Of a stretch of DNA of 64,000 nt, positions 19,812 to 28,761 are shown in pieces; within the stretch, counting starts at the first letter, position 1; every line of letters starts with the position of its first letter. Origin of the DNA: an uncultured Rikenellaceae bacterium (lineage in GTDB: Bacteria; Bacteroidota; Bacteroidia; Bacteroidales; VadinHA17); contig CAZEUL010000018.1 in assembly GCA_964514725.1 (NCBI GenBank), positions 1,211-65,210 on the forward strand, given 5' to 3'. Made by a program: the position numbers and the translations under genes. The notes under the pieces were generated by a model that had not been told where the DNA came from, made no database searches, and saw only the letters and a program-made list of their open reading frames with translations.

Positions 19812-20585
19812 CTATTTTTTAAGGTCATTGGGCAGAAATTGGAAGAAAGTATCACCTCTCAGCCCGCATCTGAGCGATTCAAGAGGGATGATCTCATCAG
19901 GGGGAATGTTTCCAAGGTTAACATTTGCTCCGAAATGTTTAATAAACCAAGCCTGTTGAACTTTAAGCGGGGCTTCCCATATGACATTCTCAAGTTTAAC
20001 ATGTTCTGAGATTGCATCTACTACCGGATGATTTATTGATCCATCGTCATTGTAAATTCCAACTGTACCTGATTCCCGTGCCTCTGCAATTACTTTGGAA
20101 GATCCTGCATCAAGTTCTGACACCATCATTTGAACCCATTGTTCCGGTGTATAAATAATGTCTTTCTTTTTTGATCCCACTTCAGAAATCACACTTCCTC
20201 TTTTTGCAAGTACTTTAATATATTCAAGTTTCTTTTTATGGTCAATCTCATACGATCCATCAGAAATCTCAACAAGTTCAACCTTATGTTTATCAAGAAA
20301 ATTGACATAATCTTTAAACATGTCTCTGATAATAAATGCTTCAAACAAAGTACCTCCGAAATATGGAATACATCCTGCTTTTTTATAAATCTCGATTTTT
20401 TTCTCAAATCCAGGTGTAAGAAGCGATGTGCCGAATCCCAGCTTTATAAGGTCGGCATATTCACTGCCCACAGACATGAAGTCCTCGGCCTCCCTTATGC
20501 TTAGTCCTTTATCCATAACCATTGTGATGCCATAATTTCTGGGCTTTGCAGGTCGTTCTGGTAAATACGGTAATATATTCTTCAT
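19812..20585 (-). CDS. comA: Phosphosulfolactate synthase (ComA family)
   Basis: GITMVMDKG, IKLGFGTS, YFGGTLFE, EISDG, SEVGSK, IAEARESG, WEAP and NVNLGNI motifs. Confidence 0.92.
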   Translation of the reverse strand: MKNILPYLPERPAKPRNYGITMVMDKGLSIREAEDFMSVGSEYADLIKLGFGTSLLTPGFEKKIEIYKKAGCIPYFGGTLFEAFIIRDMFKDYVNFLDKHKVELVEISDGSYEIDHKKKLEYIKVLAKRGSVISEVGSKKKDIIYTPEQWVQMMVSELDAGSSKVIAEARESGTVGIYNDDGSINHPVVDAISEHVKLENVIWEAPLKVQQAWFIKHFGANVNLGNIPPDEIIPLESLRCGLRGDTFFQFLPNDLKK

Positions 20586-20675
20586 AAACTGGCAGTATTA
20601 CTTTAGATTAAAATCGGATACTAAAACAAGTACAATGAGCAGGTTAAAATAAGGATTTTTTATAAAACTCTGATC

Positions 20676-22088
20676 TCAGAAGATATTGTAATCATTTAGA
20701 ATTCTTTTTATTTTCCGGTTATGAAGGTCAATGGGATAAATATCCCTGAAATCATAAAAAAGCTCTTTTTCAGCAGAGAGAGCAAGTTCAAGATGTCTGC
20801 AGGACTTTTCAATATTTCCTGCATCCATATAAAATGCTCCCAGCAGATAGTTTATTCCAGGCACATCGCCAATTATTTTATATGCTTTCTCGAGATATGG
20901 TAAAGCTTTACAATTATATCCTTCTTTTAGAATTATTCTTCCAAGATCTGACCATACTTCATTGTAATAAGCATCTATCTTTAGGGCTTCTCTGAAGCAC
21001 CGGAGAGCTGCTTTATTTTCGCCTGCTAAATAGTGTGCTTTACCCAGAAGATACCATATTTCAGGATTTTCATCATCAAGCCTTACAGCTTTTCTCAGGA
21101 AAATAAGGCTGTCTTCAGGATTACCTGAATCGAGAGCCAAAATGCCAAGGCCAAACCAGGGATCTGCAAATTCAGGAGCAAGATCAATTGCTTCATGGTA
21201 ATATTTCTTGGCCAGCACCAGATCTCCTGTCTTTTCATAACATTCTGCAAGGTAGGTCATTGCTTCAAAGCTATCAGGCTCATTCTCAAGATATTCATGA
21301 TAAACTGGAATAGCTTCTTCAAATCTTTCCAGATTACAAAGAATATTACCTTTATTAAACAGGGCAAAAGCATTGGTTGAGTTTACCGCAAGGGCATAAT
21401 CATAAGCAGCCAGTGCTTTGTCAGGTTCATCGAGCTTATTATAAATGATCCCAAGATTATACCAGGCGCTATCGGAAAATGGTTCTTCCTCAAGATATTT
21501 CAAATAGTATTTAATACTTTCATTATAATTCTCAGTCTTGTCGTAGGCATAAGCAAGATCATAAAGATGGGCAAAAAAATCTGGTTCCAGTTCAATAAGT
21601 TTTTTCAGATAAGGAATAAGATGTTCGTAATAATTCAGATTTTGGAGCACTGAAGTTATTGAGAACAGAATATTTGCTGTATCATCTGAATCCAGAGTCA
21701 GGGCAAAGTCAAACATCTTTTTAGCACCATGAATATCACCAAGTATACCCATTGCGGTGCCTTTAGCAACATAGATCTCGTGGTTGCCGGGCTCTATATT
21801 CTCAAGTTTTTTAAGGATTCTGAGAGCCTCCACTGCACGGCCTTTATCAAGAAGGACCCTGGCCTTCCTTAATTGTATCGATACCGAATTAGGGTGTTGT
21901 TGGGATGCAAGGGTTGCTGCTTCAAAAGCTTTCAGAGAATTATTGCTCTCGATGTAATAATCGATAATTGATTCAAATTCAATAACATCAAAGAAATAAC
22001 TCTCATTATTCTTTCGCATCCTCTCGAACTTCTGGACAGCCTTTTTAATTTCCTCCTCATAGGAAAACCCATATTTATCGTCTTCCAT
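20676..22088 (-). CDS. Tetratricopeptide repeat protein
   Basis: Repeated TPR patterns (AWYNLGIIY, ALFNKGNIL, PWFGLG, IWYLLGKAH). Confidence 0.9.
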   Translation of the reverse strand: MEDDKYGFSYEEEIKKAVQKFERMRKNNESYFFDVIEFESIIDYYIESNNSLKAFEAATLASQQHPNSVSIQLRKARVLLDKGRAVEALRILKKLENIEPGNHEIYVAKGTAMGILGDIHGAKKMFDFALTLDSDDTANILFSITSVLQNLNYYEHLIPYLKKLIELEPDFFAHLYDLAYAYDKTENYNESIKYYLKYLEEEPFSDSAWYNLGIIYNKLDEPDKALAAYDYALAVNSTNAFALFNKGNILCNLERFEEAIPVYHEYLENEPDSFEAMTYLAECYEKTGDLVLAKKYYHEAIDLAPEFADPWFGLGILALDSGNPEDSLIFLRKAVRLDDENPEIWYLLGKAHYLAGENKAALRCFREALKIDAYYNEVWSDLGRIILKEGYNCKALPYLEKAYKIIGDVPGINYLLGAFYMDAGNIEKSCRHLELALSAEKELFYDFRDIYPIDLHNRKIKRILNDYNIF

Positions 22089-22107
22089 CCCCTGAAATTA
22101 TAGAGTA

Positions 22108-22115
22108 CAAAAATA
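22108..22115 (-). promoter_or_regulatory. -7 promoter box (TATTTTTG) for TPR-comA-aroE
   Basis: CAAAAATA on the + strand, 19 nt upstream of the TPR start. Confidence 0.6.
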
Positions 22116-22339
22116 TAAACATTTAAATTATTCTTGTGTCACTGATTGCATAATTATTAACATTCAGCATTTTTTTTCATCTGGTTTCCAGTCAAATAGG
22201 ATAATATGTTAAAATATTTTCACTTTTTTTCAAAATAAACGCAACCATTTATTTGATTTATTCATCTATGCTCTTGAAACCAACATTCACAATATATAAC
22301 CTAATTTACCCTAGAATTAACCTAAATTCTACTTTTGAG

Positions 22340-22362
22340 AAACCGGGATTTTCCCGGTTTTT
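22340..22362. terminator. Intrinsic terminator-like hairpin downstream of folD
   Basis: AAACCGGGA-TTT-TCCCGGTTT perfect stem with flanking T tract. Confidence 0.7.
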
Positions 22363-22448
22363 CATTTTCCATTAGTATATTCGTATTTGTTTATAAGACT
22401 AATTTTACGACTCGTGCCATACAAGGAGAGCTGTTTTTGAGTGACATT

Positions 22449-23336
22449 TTAAGTGTTTCTCCGGGATTGTCTTATTTGAGCAGCTCGCAGTGTGTTTTTT
22501 AGAAGGGCTACCCTTGTCATTGGTCCGACACCACCTGGGACTGGGGTAATAAATGAACATTTAGGTGCAACATTTTCAAAATCAACATCTCCTGTGAGTT
22601 TCCACCCACTTCTTGTTTCGGCACATGGCACTCTTGTTGTTCCTACATCAATAACTATTGCTCCTTCACTCACCATTTCAGCTTTAACAAAACCTGGAGA
22701 ACCCAAAGCTGCAACAATAATGTCTGCCTGAAGTACAAAGTCATTGATATTTCTTGTTCTGCTATGTACCAGAGTGACAGTTGCATCCCTTCCTTTCTGA
22801 GACAGCATTATGCTTAGGGGTCTTCCGACTATATTACTTCTGCCAATAATCACGCAATGTTTACCTTGGATCTCAATATTGTATCTGTCGATAAGTTCAA
22901 TTATACCATAAGGAGTGGCTGGCAGGTATCCAGGAATTCCCGTTACCATTCGTCCAATATTTACCGGGTGGAATCCATCGGCATCTTTTTCAGGATCAAT
23001 TGCTTCAATAACCCTATTCTCTGAAATATGATCAGGAAGCGGCAATTGAACAATGAAGGCATCGACATCTTCGTTTTTATTAAGCTCAATTATCTTATTA
23101 ATGAGCTCATTCTCAGATATTTCAGCAGCAAATCTAATAAGTGTGGATTTAAATCCGACTTCGGCACAATCTCTAACCTTATTATTAACATAAGTTTCAC
23201 TTGATCCTTCATTACCTACAAGGATTGCAGACAGGTGAGGAATTTTTTTGCCTTCAATCACCATTTCTGCAACTTTTTCACCTATCTCCTTCTTGATTTC
23301 AGAAGCTATCTTTTTGCCGTCTAGAACAGTATACAT
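22449..23336 (-). CDS. folD: Methylenetetrahydrofolate dehydrogenase/cyclohydrolase
   Basis: [32 protein letters not shown] and [11 protein letters not shown] motifs. Confidence 0.97.
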   Translation of the reverse strand: MYTVLDGKKIASEIKKEIGEKVAEMVIEGKKIPHLSAILVGNEGSSETYVNNKVRDCAEVGFKSTLIRFAAEISENELINKIIELNKNEDVDAFIVQLPLPDHISENRVIEAIDPEKDADGFHPVNIGRMVTGIPGYLPATPYGIIELIDRYNIEIQGKHCVIIGRSNIVGRPLSIMLSQKGRDATVTLVHSRTRNINDFVLQADIIVAALGSPGFVKAEMVSEGAIVIDVGTTRVPCAETRSGWKLTGDVDFENVAPKCSFITPVPGGVGPMTRVALLKNTLRAAQIRQSRRNT

Positions 23337-23342
23337 AGTTTT

Positions 23343-24662
23343 TTATTTTCTTCCCGGGAATCCTGCCATATTTCTGCCACGGGTCATCATTTTCATCATT
23401 CTTCTTGTTTCATCGAACTGTTTTAAAAGCTTGTTTACATCCTGAACGGTTGTCCCGCTTCCCAAAGCGATTCTTTTACGCCGGCTCCCATTCAGAACAA
23501 CAGGATTTTTTCTTTCCTCCGGTGTCATACTTCTTATTATTGCTTCTATTCCTTTAAAAGCATTATCGTCGATATCAAGATCTTTAACTGCTTTGCCCAC
23601 TCCAGGTATCATCGACATCAGATCTTTGACATTACCCATTTTTTTAATCTGCTGAATTTGGGCGATGAAATCGTTAAAGTCAAATTGATCTTTTGCAATT
23701 TTCTTCTGCAGTTTTCGTGCTTCTTCTAAATTGTATTGCTCCTGGGCTTTTTCAACAAGTGAAACGATATCTCCCATTCCCAGGATTCTATCAGCCATTC
23801 TTGAGGGATAAAATATATCAATCGCATCCATCTTTTCACCCGAGCTGACAAACTTTATTGGTTTATTGACCACAGATTTAATTGAGAGTGCAGCTCCTCC
23901 CCTTGTATCACCGTCAAGCTTAGTCAACACAACACCGTCGAAATCGAGGCGGTCGTTGAATTCCTTTGCTGTATTAACGGCATCCTGGCCTGTCATAGAG
24001 TCAACCACAAACAAAATTTCATGAGGATTTATTGAATTTTTAATTAAAGAAATCTCATTCATCATTTCCTCATCAACAGCCAGGCGGCCTGCTGTATCAA
24101 TGATTACCACATCATTGTTCTTAAGTTTTGCCTCCTTAACAGCATTCTTAATAATCTGAACAGGATTCCTGTTGTCTTCTTCTGTGTAAACAGGCACCTC
24201 AATCTGACCCGCGATTATTTTAAGTTGCTCAATAGCAGCAGGTCTGTAAACATCACCTGCGACCAGTAAAGGATTCTTGCCCCGTTTTGACTTCACCCAT
24301 TTTGCCAGCTTCCCGCTGAAAGTGGTTTTGCCGGAACCCTGAAGTCCTGCTATTAATATTATAGCCGGATTGATTTTAATATTAATATCAGATTTATCAC
24401 CTCCCATAAGATCAACAAGTTCATCATGAACTATTTTAATCATCATCTGAGAAGGGTTTACTGATTTAAGAACCTCCTGACCAAGAGCTTTGGACTTAAC
24501 CGAATCAGTAAATTGTTTGGCAATCTTAAAGTTAACATCAGCATCGAGAAGTGCTCTTCTAACTTCCTTTAGGGTTTCTGCAATATTGATTTCTGAAATT
24601 CTTCCTTGTCCCTTAAGAATTTTGAAGGACTTTTCAAGCCTTTCGCTTAAATTTTCAAACAT
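23343..24662 (-). CDS. ffh: Signal recognition particle protein Ffh
   Basis: GLQGSGKTT, DVYRPAA, DTAGR, TKLDGDTRGGAALS and RILGMGD motifs. Confidence 0.98.
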   Translation of the reverse strand: MFENLSERLEKSFKILKGQGRISEINIAETLKEVRRALLDADVNFKIAKQFTDSVKSKALGQEVLKSVNPSQMMIKIVHDELVDLMGGDKSDINIKINPAIILIAGLQGSGKTTFSGKLAKWVKSKRGKNPLLVAGDVYRPAAIEQLKIIAGQIEVPVYTEEDNRNPVQIIKNAVKEAKLKNNDVVIIDTAGRLAVDEEMMNEISLIKNSINPHEILFVVDSMTGQDAVNTAKEFNDRLDFDGVVLTKLDGDTRGGAALSIKSVVNKPIKFVSSGEKMDAIDIFYPSRMADRILGMGDIVSLVEKAQEQYNLEEARKLQKKIAKDQFDFNDFIAQIQQIKKMGNVKDLMSMIPGVGKAVKDLDIDDNAFKGIEAIIRSMTPEERKNPVVLNGSRRKRIALGSGTTVQDVNKLLKQFDETRRMMKMMTRGRNMAGFPGRK

Positions 24663-24683
24663 ATTATTATAATTATAAAAATA

Positions 24684-26471
24684 CTACATACGTTCAGGCA
24701 TCTCAATGCCCAACAGCCACATGCCTTTTGATAACAGATCGCTTGTGATCCTGGAAAGATAGAGTCTGAAGTCTCTGAGAGCCATATCCGGTTCTCCAAG
24801 AATAGAGAAATCATGGTAAAACTGATTATATTCCTTCGACAGATCATAGCAATAGTTTGCTATCAGAGCAGGGCATAGATTTAAAGCAGCTTCAGAAACA
24901 GTATCTGTGAACTTCCTTAACAGTTTTATCAGTTCTATTTCTTTTGGTCCGGGATTTGCAGTCCGAATAGAACGTTTTTGGGGATATATTCCTAATTGTT
25001 CTGCCTTACGGAAAACAGATCTTATCCTTGCATATGTATACTGGATAAATGGTCCGGTATTACCATTGAAATCAATTGATTCCGCAGGATTGAAAGTCAT
25101 ATTTTTATGGGGATCAACTTTCAGAATAAAATATTTAAGTGCACCCAGGCCTATTTTTCTAAAAATTTCTTCTCGTTCTTCGTCAGAATAATCTGATAAT
25201 TTTCCCAGCTCAAGAGAAACTCCCTTTGCAGTCTCTTTCATTTCTCTTATTAGATCATCAGCATCGACAACTGTACCTTCTCTTGATTTCATTTTACCTT
25301 CAGGCAGTTCTACCATTCCATAAGAAAAATGGATAAGACCATCGGCCCATTTGTAGCCCATTTTCTTCATAAGTGCCCTCAGTACCTGGAAATGGTAGTT
25401 CTGTTCATTCCCAACCACATATATTGTTTTATTAAAAGCAAAGTCACGATACCTTTCGACAGCAGTTCCAAGATCCTGTGTCATATAAACTGCAGTACCA
25501 TCTGAACGAAGTAAGAGTTTATGGTCAAGACCTTGCGATGTAAGGTCAGCCCAGATTGAATTATCATCTTGTTTATACAAAATATTATCATTCAGTGCTT
25601 TAAGAACAATTTCCTTCCCAACAATGTAAGTTTCGGATTCATAATAGATTTTATCGAAATCCACTCCGAGTAATCTGTATGTTTCATCAAAACCATCATA
25701 AACCCAGGAATTCATCATTTTCCAGAGTTTCACGGTTTGAATATCGCCAGATTCCCATTTAAGAAGCATCTCACGCGCTTCACGTATCAGCGGAGCTGAA
25801 TTTCTTGCTTCATTTTCACTGATCCCCTGTTTGACAAGTTCTTCGATCTGATGTTTATATTCCTGTTCAAATTTCACATAGTATTTTCCAACAAGATGGT
25901 CACCTTTTATCCCTGAAGATTCAGGGGTCTCATTATTCCCATATTTCTGCCATGCCAACATAGATTTGCAGATATGAATTCCACGATCATTAACTATGTT
26001 GGTCTTAATAACTTTATGTCCACAGGACGAAAGGATACGATACAGGGAAAATCCAAGAAGATTGTTTCTGATATGGCCAAGATGAAGAGGCTTATTTGTA
26101 TTTGGTGAAGAGTACTCAACAAGGATTACTTCGGGATCAGAAACTTTGCAGTTTTTAAAGTAGTCATTTTCAGAAACAATGCCATCAAAGTATTCAATCC
26201 ACCATCTGGTTGAAACCTCGAGATTAAGAAAACCTTTTATTACGTTATAGTTTGATATCTCGGGGAAATTAGACACCAGGTATTTTCCTATACTCTCCCC
26301 TGTTTGTTCAGGAGTATTTTTTGAGAATCTCAGCAGTGGGAAGACCACAAGAGTAAAATCTCCTTTAAAATCCTTCCTGGTTTCCTGCAGCTGAATAAGA
26401 TTATCAGGTACTTTAATATTATATATGGCATTTACAGCCTCTTTTATTTTTTCCTTGAGAACGATCTCCAT
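24684..26471 (-). CDS. argS: Arginine--tRNA ligase
   Basis: VEYSSPNTNKPLHLGHIRN (HIGH), KMKSREG, GPFIQYTYARI and C-terminal MPERM. Confidence 0.98.
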   Translation of the reverse strand: MEIVLKEKIKEAVNAIYNIKVPDNLIQLQETRKDFKGDFTLVVFPLLRFSKNTPEQTGESIGKYLVSNFPEISNYNVIKGFLNLEVSTRWWIEYFDGIVSENDYFKNCKVSDPEVILVEYSSPNTNKPLHLGHIRNNLLGFSLYRILSSCGHKVIKTNIVNDRGIHICKSMLAWQKYGNNETPESSGIKGDHLVGKYYVKFEQEYKHQIEELVKQGISENEARNSAPLIREAREMLLKWESGDIQTVKLWKMMNSWVYDGFDETYRLLGVDFDKIYYESETYIVGKEIVLKALNDNILYKQDDNSIWADLTSQGLDHKLLLRSDGTAVYMTQDLGTAVERYRDFAFNKTIYVVGNEQNYHFQVLRALMKKMGYKWADGLIHFSYGMVELPEGKMKSREGTVVDADDLIREMKETAKGVSLELGKLSDYSDEEREEIFRKIGLGALKYFILKVDPHKNMTFNPAESIDFNGNTGPFIQYTYARIRSVFRKAEQLGIYPQKRSIRTANPGPKEIELIKLLRKFTDTVSEAALNLCPALIANYCYDLSKEYNQFYHDFSILGEPDMALRDFRLYLSRITSDLLSKGMWLLGIEMPERM

Positions 26472-26494
26472 TACAGTTGAAAAATTTCAGCCAG

Positions 26495-26502
26495 CAAATA
26501 TA
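26495..26502 (-). promoter_or_regulatory. -7 promoter box (TATATTTG) for argS-ffh-folD
   Basis: CAAATATA on the + strand upstream of argS. Confidence 0.6.
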
Positions 26503-26660
26503 ACATTTTAAAATCATCGACGTATAAGCTGGCATATTCGGGAGCCGGGCTGATATGTTTTTAAGAGAGGATGTTTTATTTTTATACCAATAAACAGTTT
26601 TATTTGACAATCGATCATTTCTTTTTGATAAAAAATATCAAAACAAATAAAAAGAAATTT

Positions 26661-26668
26661 TACTTTTG
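26661..26668 (+). promoter_or_regulatory. -7 promoter box (TACTTTTG) for the SiaC-like gene
   Basis: Exact TAnnTTTG. Confidence 0.5.
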
Positions 26669-26711
26669 AATATGATATTTAGTTTTAAGAAGAAATAAAA
26701 GAAAGCCTGCC

Positions 26712-27164
26712 ATGAAGGAGCTTAAAAATATGTATATCGAACAATCTGAAAAAACTCCGCTGGTTGATTTTAATAATATCACCGGTGAACTTATCCTTTC
26801 AGGAAGATCAATTCCTATTAATGCTCCAAGGATATTTGAACCAATTCTCGAATGGGTGAATGAATATATCAAAGATCCTAAACAAACAACAAATTTAAGA
26901 CTTAATCTTGAATATTTCAATACGGCATCTTCCATCTGGCTGGCAAAAATAGTAAAAGCTCTTACCAACATTGATAAGCAGGATTGTGTACTTGTTCTGC
27001 ATGTATATTTTTCAATTGAGGATTTTGATGATATAGATGATATAAAAGATGATCTGAGCCCTGTGATTGATGTTATCAGCAATTCAAAAGTAAGTGTAGG
27101 ATTAAAGATTTACGGGACAGATGAAAAGGGGAAAATATTAAAAGAATCTATGATTTTTATTTAG
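26712..27164 (+). CDS. SiaC/DUF1987-like regulatory phosphoprotein
   Basis: KTPLVDFN, GELILSGRSIP and LEYFNTASS motifs. Confidence 0.8.
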   Translation: MKELKNMYIEQSEKTPLVDFNNITGELILSGRSIPINAPRIFEPILEWVNEYIKDPKQTTNLRLNLEYFNTASSIWLAKIVKALTNIDKQDCVLVLHVYFSIEDFDDIDDIKDDLSPVIDVISNSKVSVGLKIYGTDEKGKILKESMIFI

Positions 27165-27250
27165 TCGCTCTCACACAATACTTCCTTAAAAACAGTCACT
27201 TTTAATTTTTTTGAGCTACCTTTATTACGGTAATTTTATTGGATTGCATT

Positions 27251-28759
27251 ATGCGCACATCGTGTTTTGTTCTGCTTTCAATATTTATCGTTATGAAGAC
27301 ATATTCACAGTCAGGTTCTGTTGATAGGAACCCCGCTGTTGCGGGAAGATTCTACTCGGCAGACAAAGAAACTCTTAAAAATGATCTGTCAAAATTATTC
27401 GAGAATTGTGTCAAGACACCCCATTTAAATAGAGTAAGATCTTTAATCTGTCCTCATGCGGGTTACATTTTTTCAGGTTCTGTTGCAGCCTCTGCATATT
27501 CGGCAGCCGGGAGTAAGGCTGGCTATAAAAACATTTTCATTATTGGATCAAGCCATATTATGACATTTGAAGGTGCTTCAGTCTATAATATAGGCGATTT
27601 TATTACACCCTTAGGGAAAATAAAAGTCAACCGGGAAATTGCCAACAACCTTAAGAATAACAACAAACTCTTCGATTTCCCGGTTGATGCACATATCAGA
27701 GAGCACAGTATTGAGGTGCAGGTTCCTTTTATTCAATATTATTTTGAAGGAAATCCTATGATAGTCCCGATAATAATTGGAACCAGCAATACAGCAACAA
27801 TAAAAAAGATTGCCGAGATACTAAGGCCATGGTTTAATCGTGATAACCTCTTTGTTATCAGCAGCGATTTTTCACATTACCCGTCATACAAGACAGCCAA
27901 TGAGGTTGATAAAGCAACAGCTGATGCAATCCTTACAGGGAACCCACAAACATTTCTCAACACTCTAAAAAAGAACTCATTGAGAGGAGATCCAGGACTT
28001 GCAACCAGCATGTGCGGATGGACCTCCGGATTACTTCTCCTCTATCTTTCAAGTGAAGAGAAGAACCTTGAATTCAAAAAGGTAGATTACTGTAATTCAG
28101 GAGACTCCAGATATGGAAACAAAGATGAAGTGGTAGGTTATAATGCTATTATTTTAACTCAAAAGGTTGCTTCAGGAGACAATTCAGAAAGTCTCTCTGA
28201 AAGGATCTCTTTTACCCCTGAAGAAAGTAAAGAACTTATTTCACTTGCACGCGAAAACATAAGATCGCTTCTATATGAAAATAAAAAAATTGCTGTTAAT
28301 AAAGAAAACCTTCCAGCCATATTCAATGAGCCTCTTGGTGCATTTGTAACATTAAAGATAAATCATGTGCTCAGGGGTTGCATAGGAAGGTTTATTTCAT
28401 CTGACCCATTATATCAGGTGGTAATTGAATCATCAAAGTCATCAGCCTTTGAAGATCCAAGGTTCCCTCCCCTCACTAAAGAAGAATTTAAAAAAACAGA
28501 TATTGAAATTACTGTACTGGGACCTTTAAAAAAAATAAACAATATCAGCGAGATTGTGCTTGGACGTCATGGAATATATATTAAAAAGGACTTCAGATCA
28601 GGGACTATGCTGCCTCAGGTTGCCACTGAAAATGGTTGGAGTGTTGAAGAATTCCTTGGATATACCTCAAGGGATAAGGCAGGCATCGGATGGGATGGAT
28701 GGAAAAATGCTGATATTTATATCTACGAAGGTATTGTACTGGAAGAATTGAAAAAGTAA
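27251..28759 (+). CDS. amrB: AmmeMemoRadiSam protein B (Memo)-protein A (AMMECR1) fusion with predicted signal peptide
   Basis: Memo motifs PAVAGRFY, PHAGY, GSSH, EHSIEVQVPF, SSDFSHY, MCG. AMMECR1 motifs GAFVTL, LRGCIG, DPRFPP, GTMLPQVA, DKAG. Starts at 27239 (TTG), 27251 or 27293 are possible. Confidence 0.93.
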   Translation: MRTSCFVLLSIFIVMKTYSQSGSVDRNPAVAGRFYSADKETLKNDLSKLFENCVKTPHLNRVRSLICPHAGYIFSGSVAASAYSAAGSKAGYKNIFIIGSSHIMTFEGASVYNIGDFITPLGKIKVNREIANNLKNNNKLFDFPVDAHIREHSIEVQVPFIQYYFEGNPMIVPIIIGTSNTATIKKIAEILRPWFNRDNLFVISSDFSHYPSYKTANEVDKATADAILTGNPQTFLNTLKKNSLRGDPGLATSMCGWTSGLLLLYLSSEEKNLEFKKVDYCNSGDSRYGNKDEVVGYNAIILTQKVASGDNSESLSERISFTPEESKELISLARENIRSLLYENKKIAVNKENLPAIFNEPLGAFVTLKINHVLRGCIGRFISSDPLYQVVIESSKSSAFEDPRFPPLTKEEFKKTDIEITVLGPLKKINNISEIVLGRHGIYIKKDFRSGTMLPQVATENGWSVEEFLGYTSRDKAGIGWDGWKNADIYIYEGIVLEELKK

Positions 28760-28761
28760 CT

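Noticed and set aside
22391-22420. Micro-ORF MARVVKLVL on the minus strand after folD
   Set aside because: Nine codons with no independent support.
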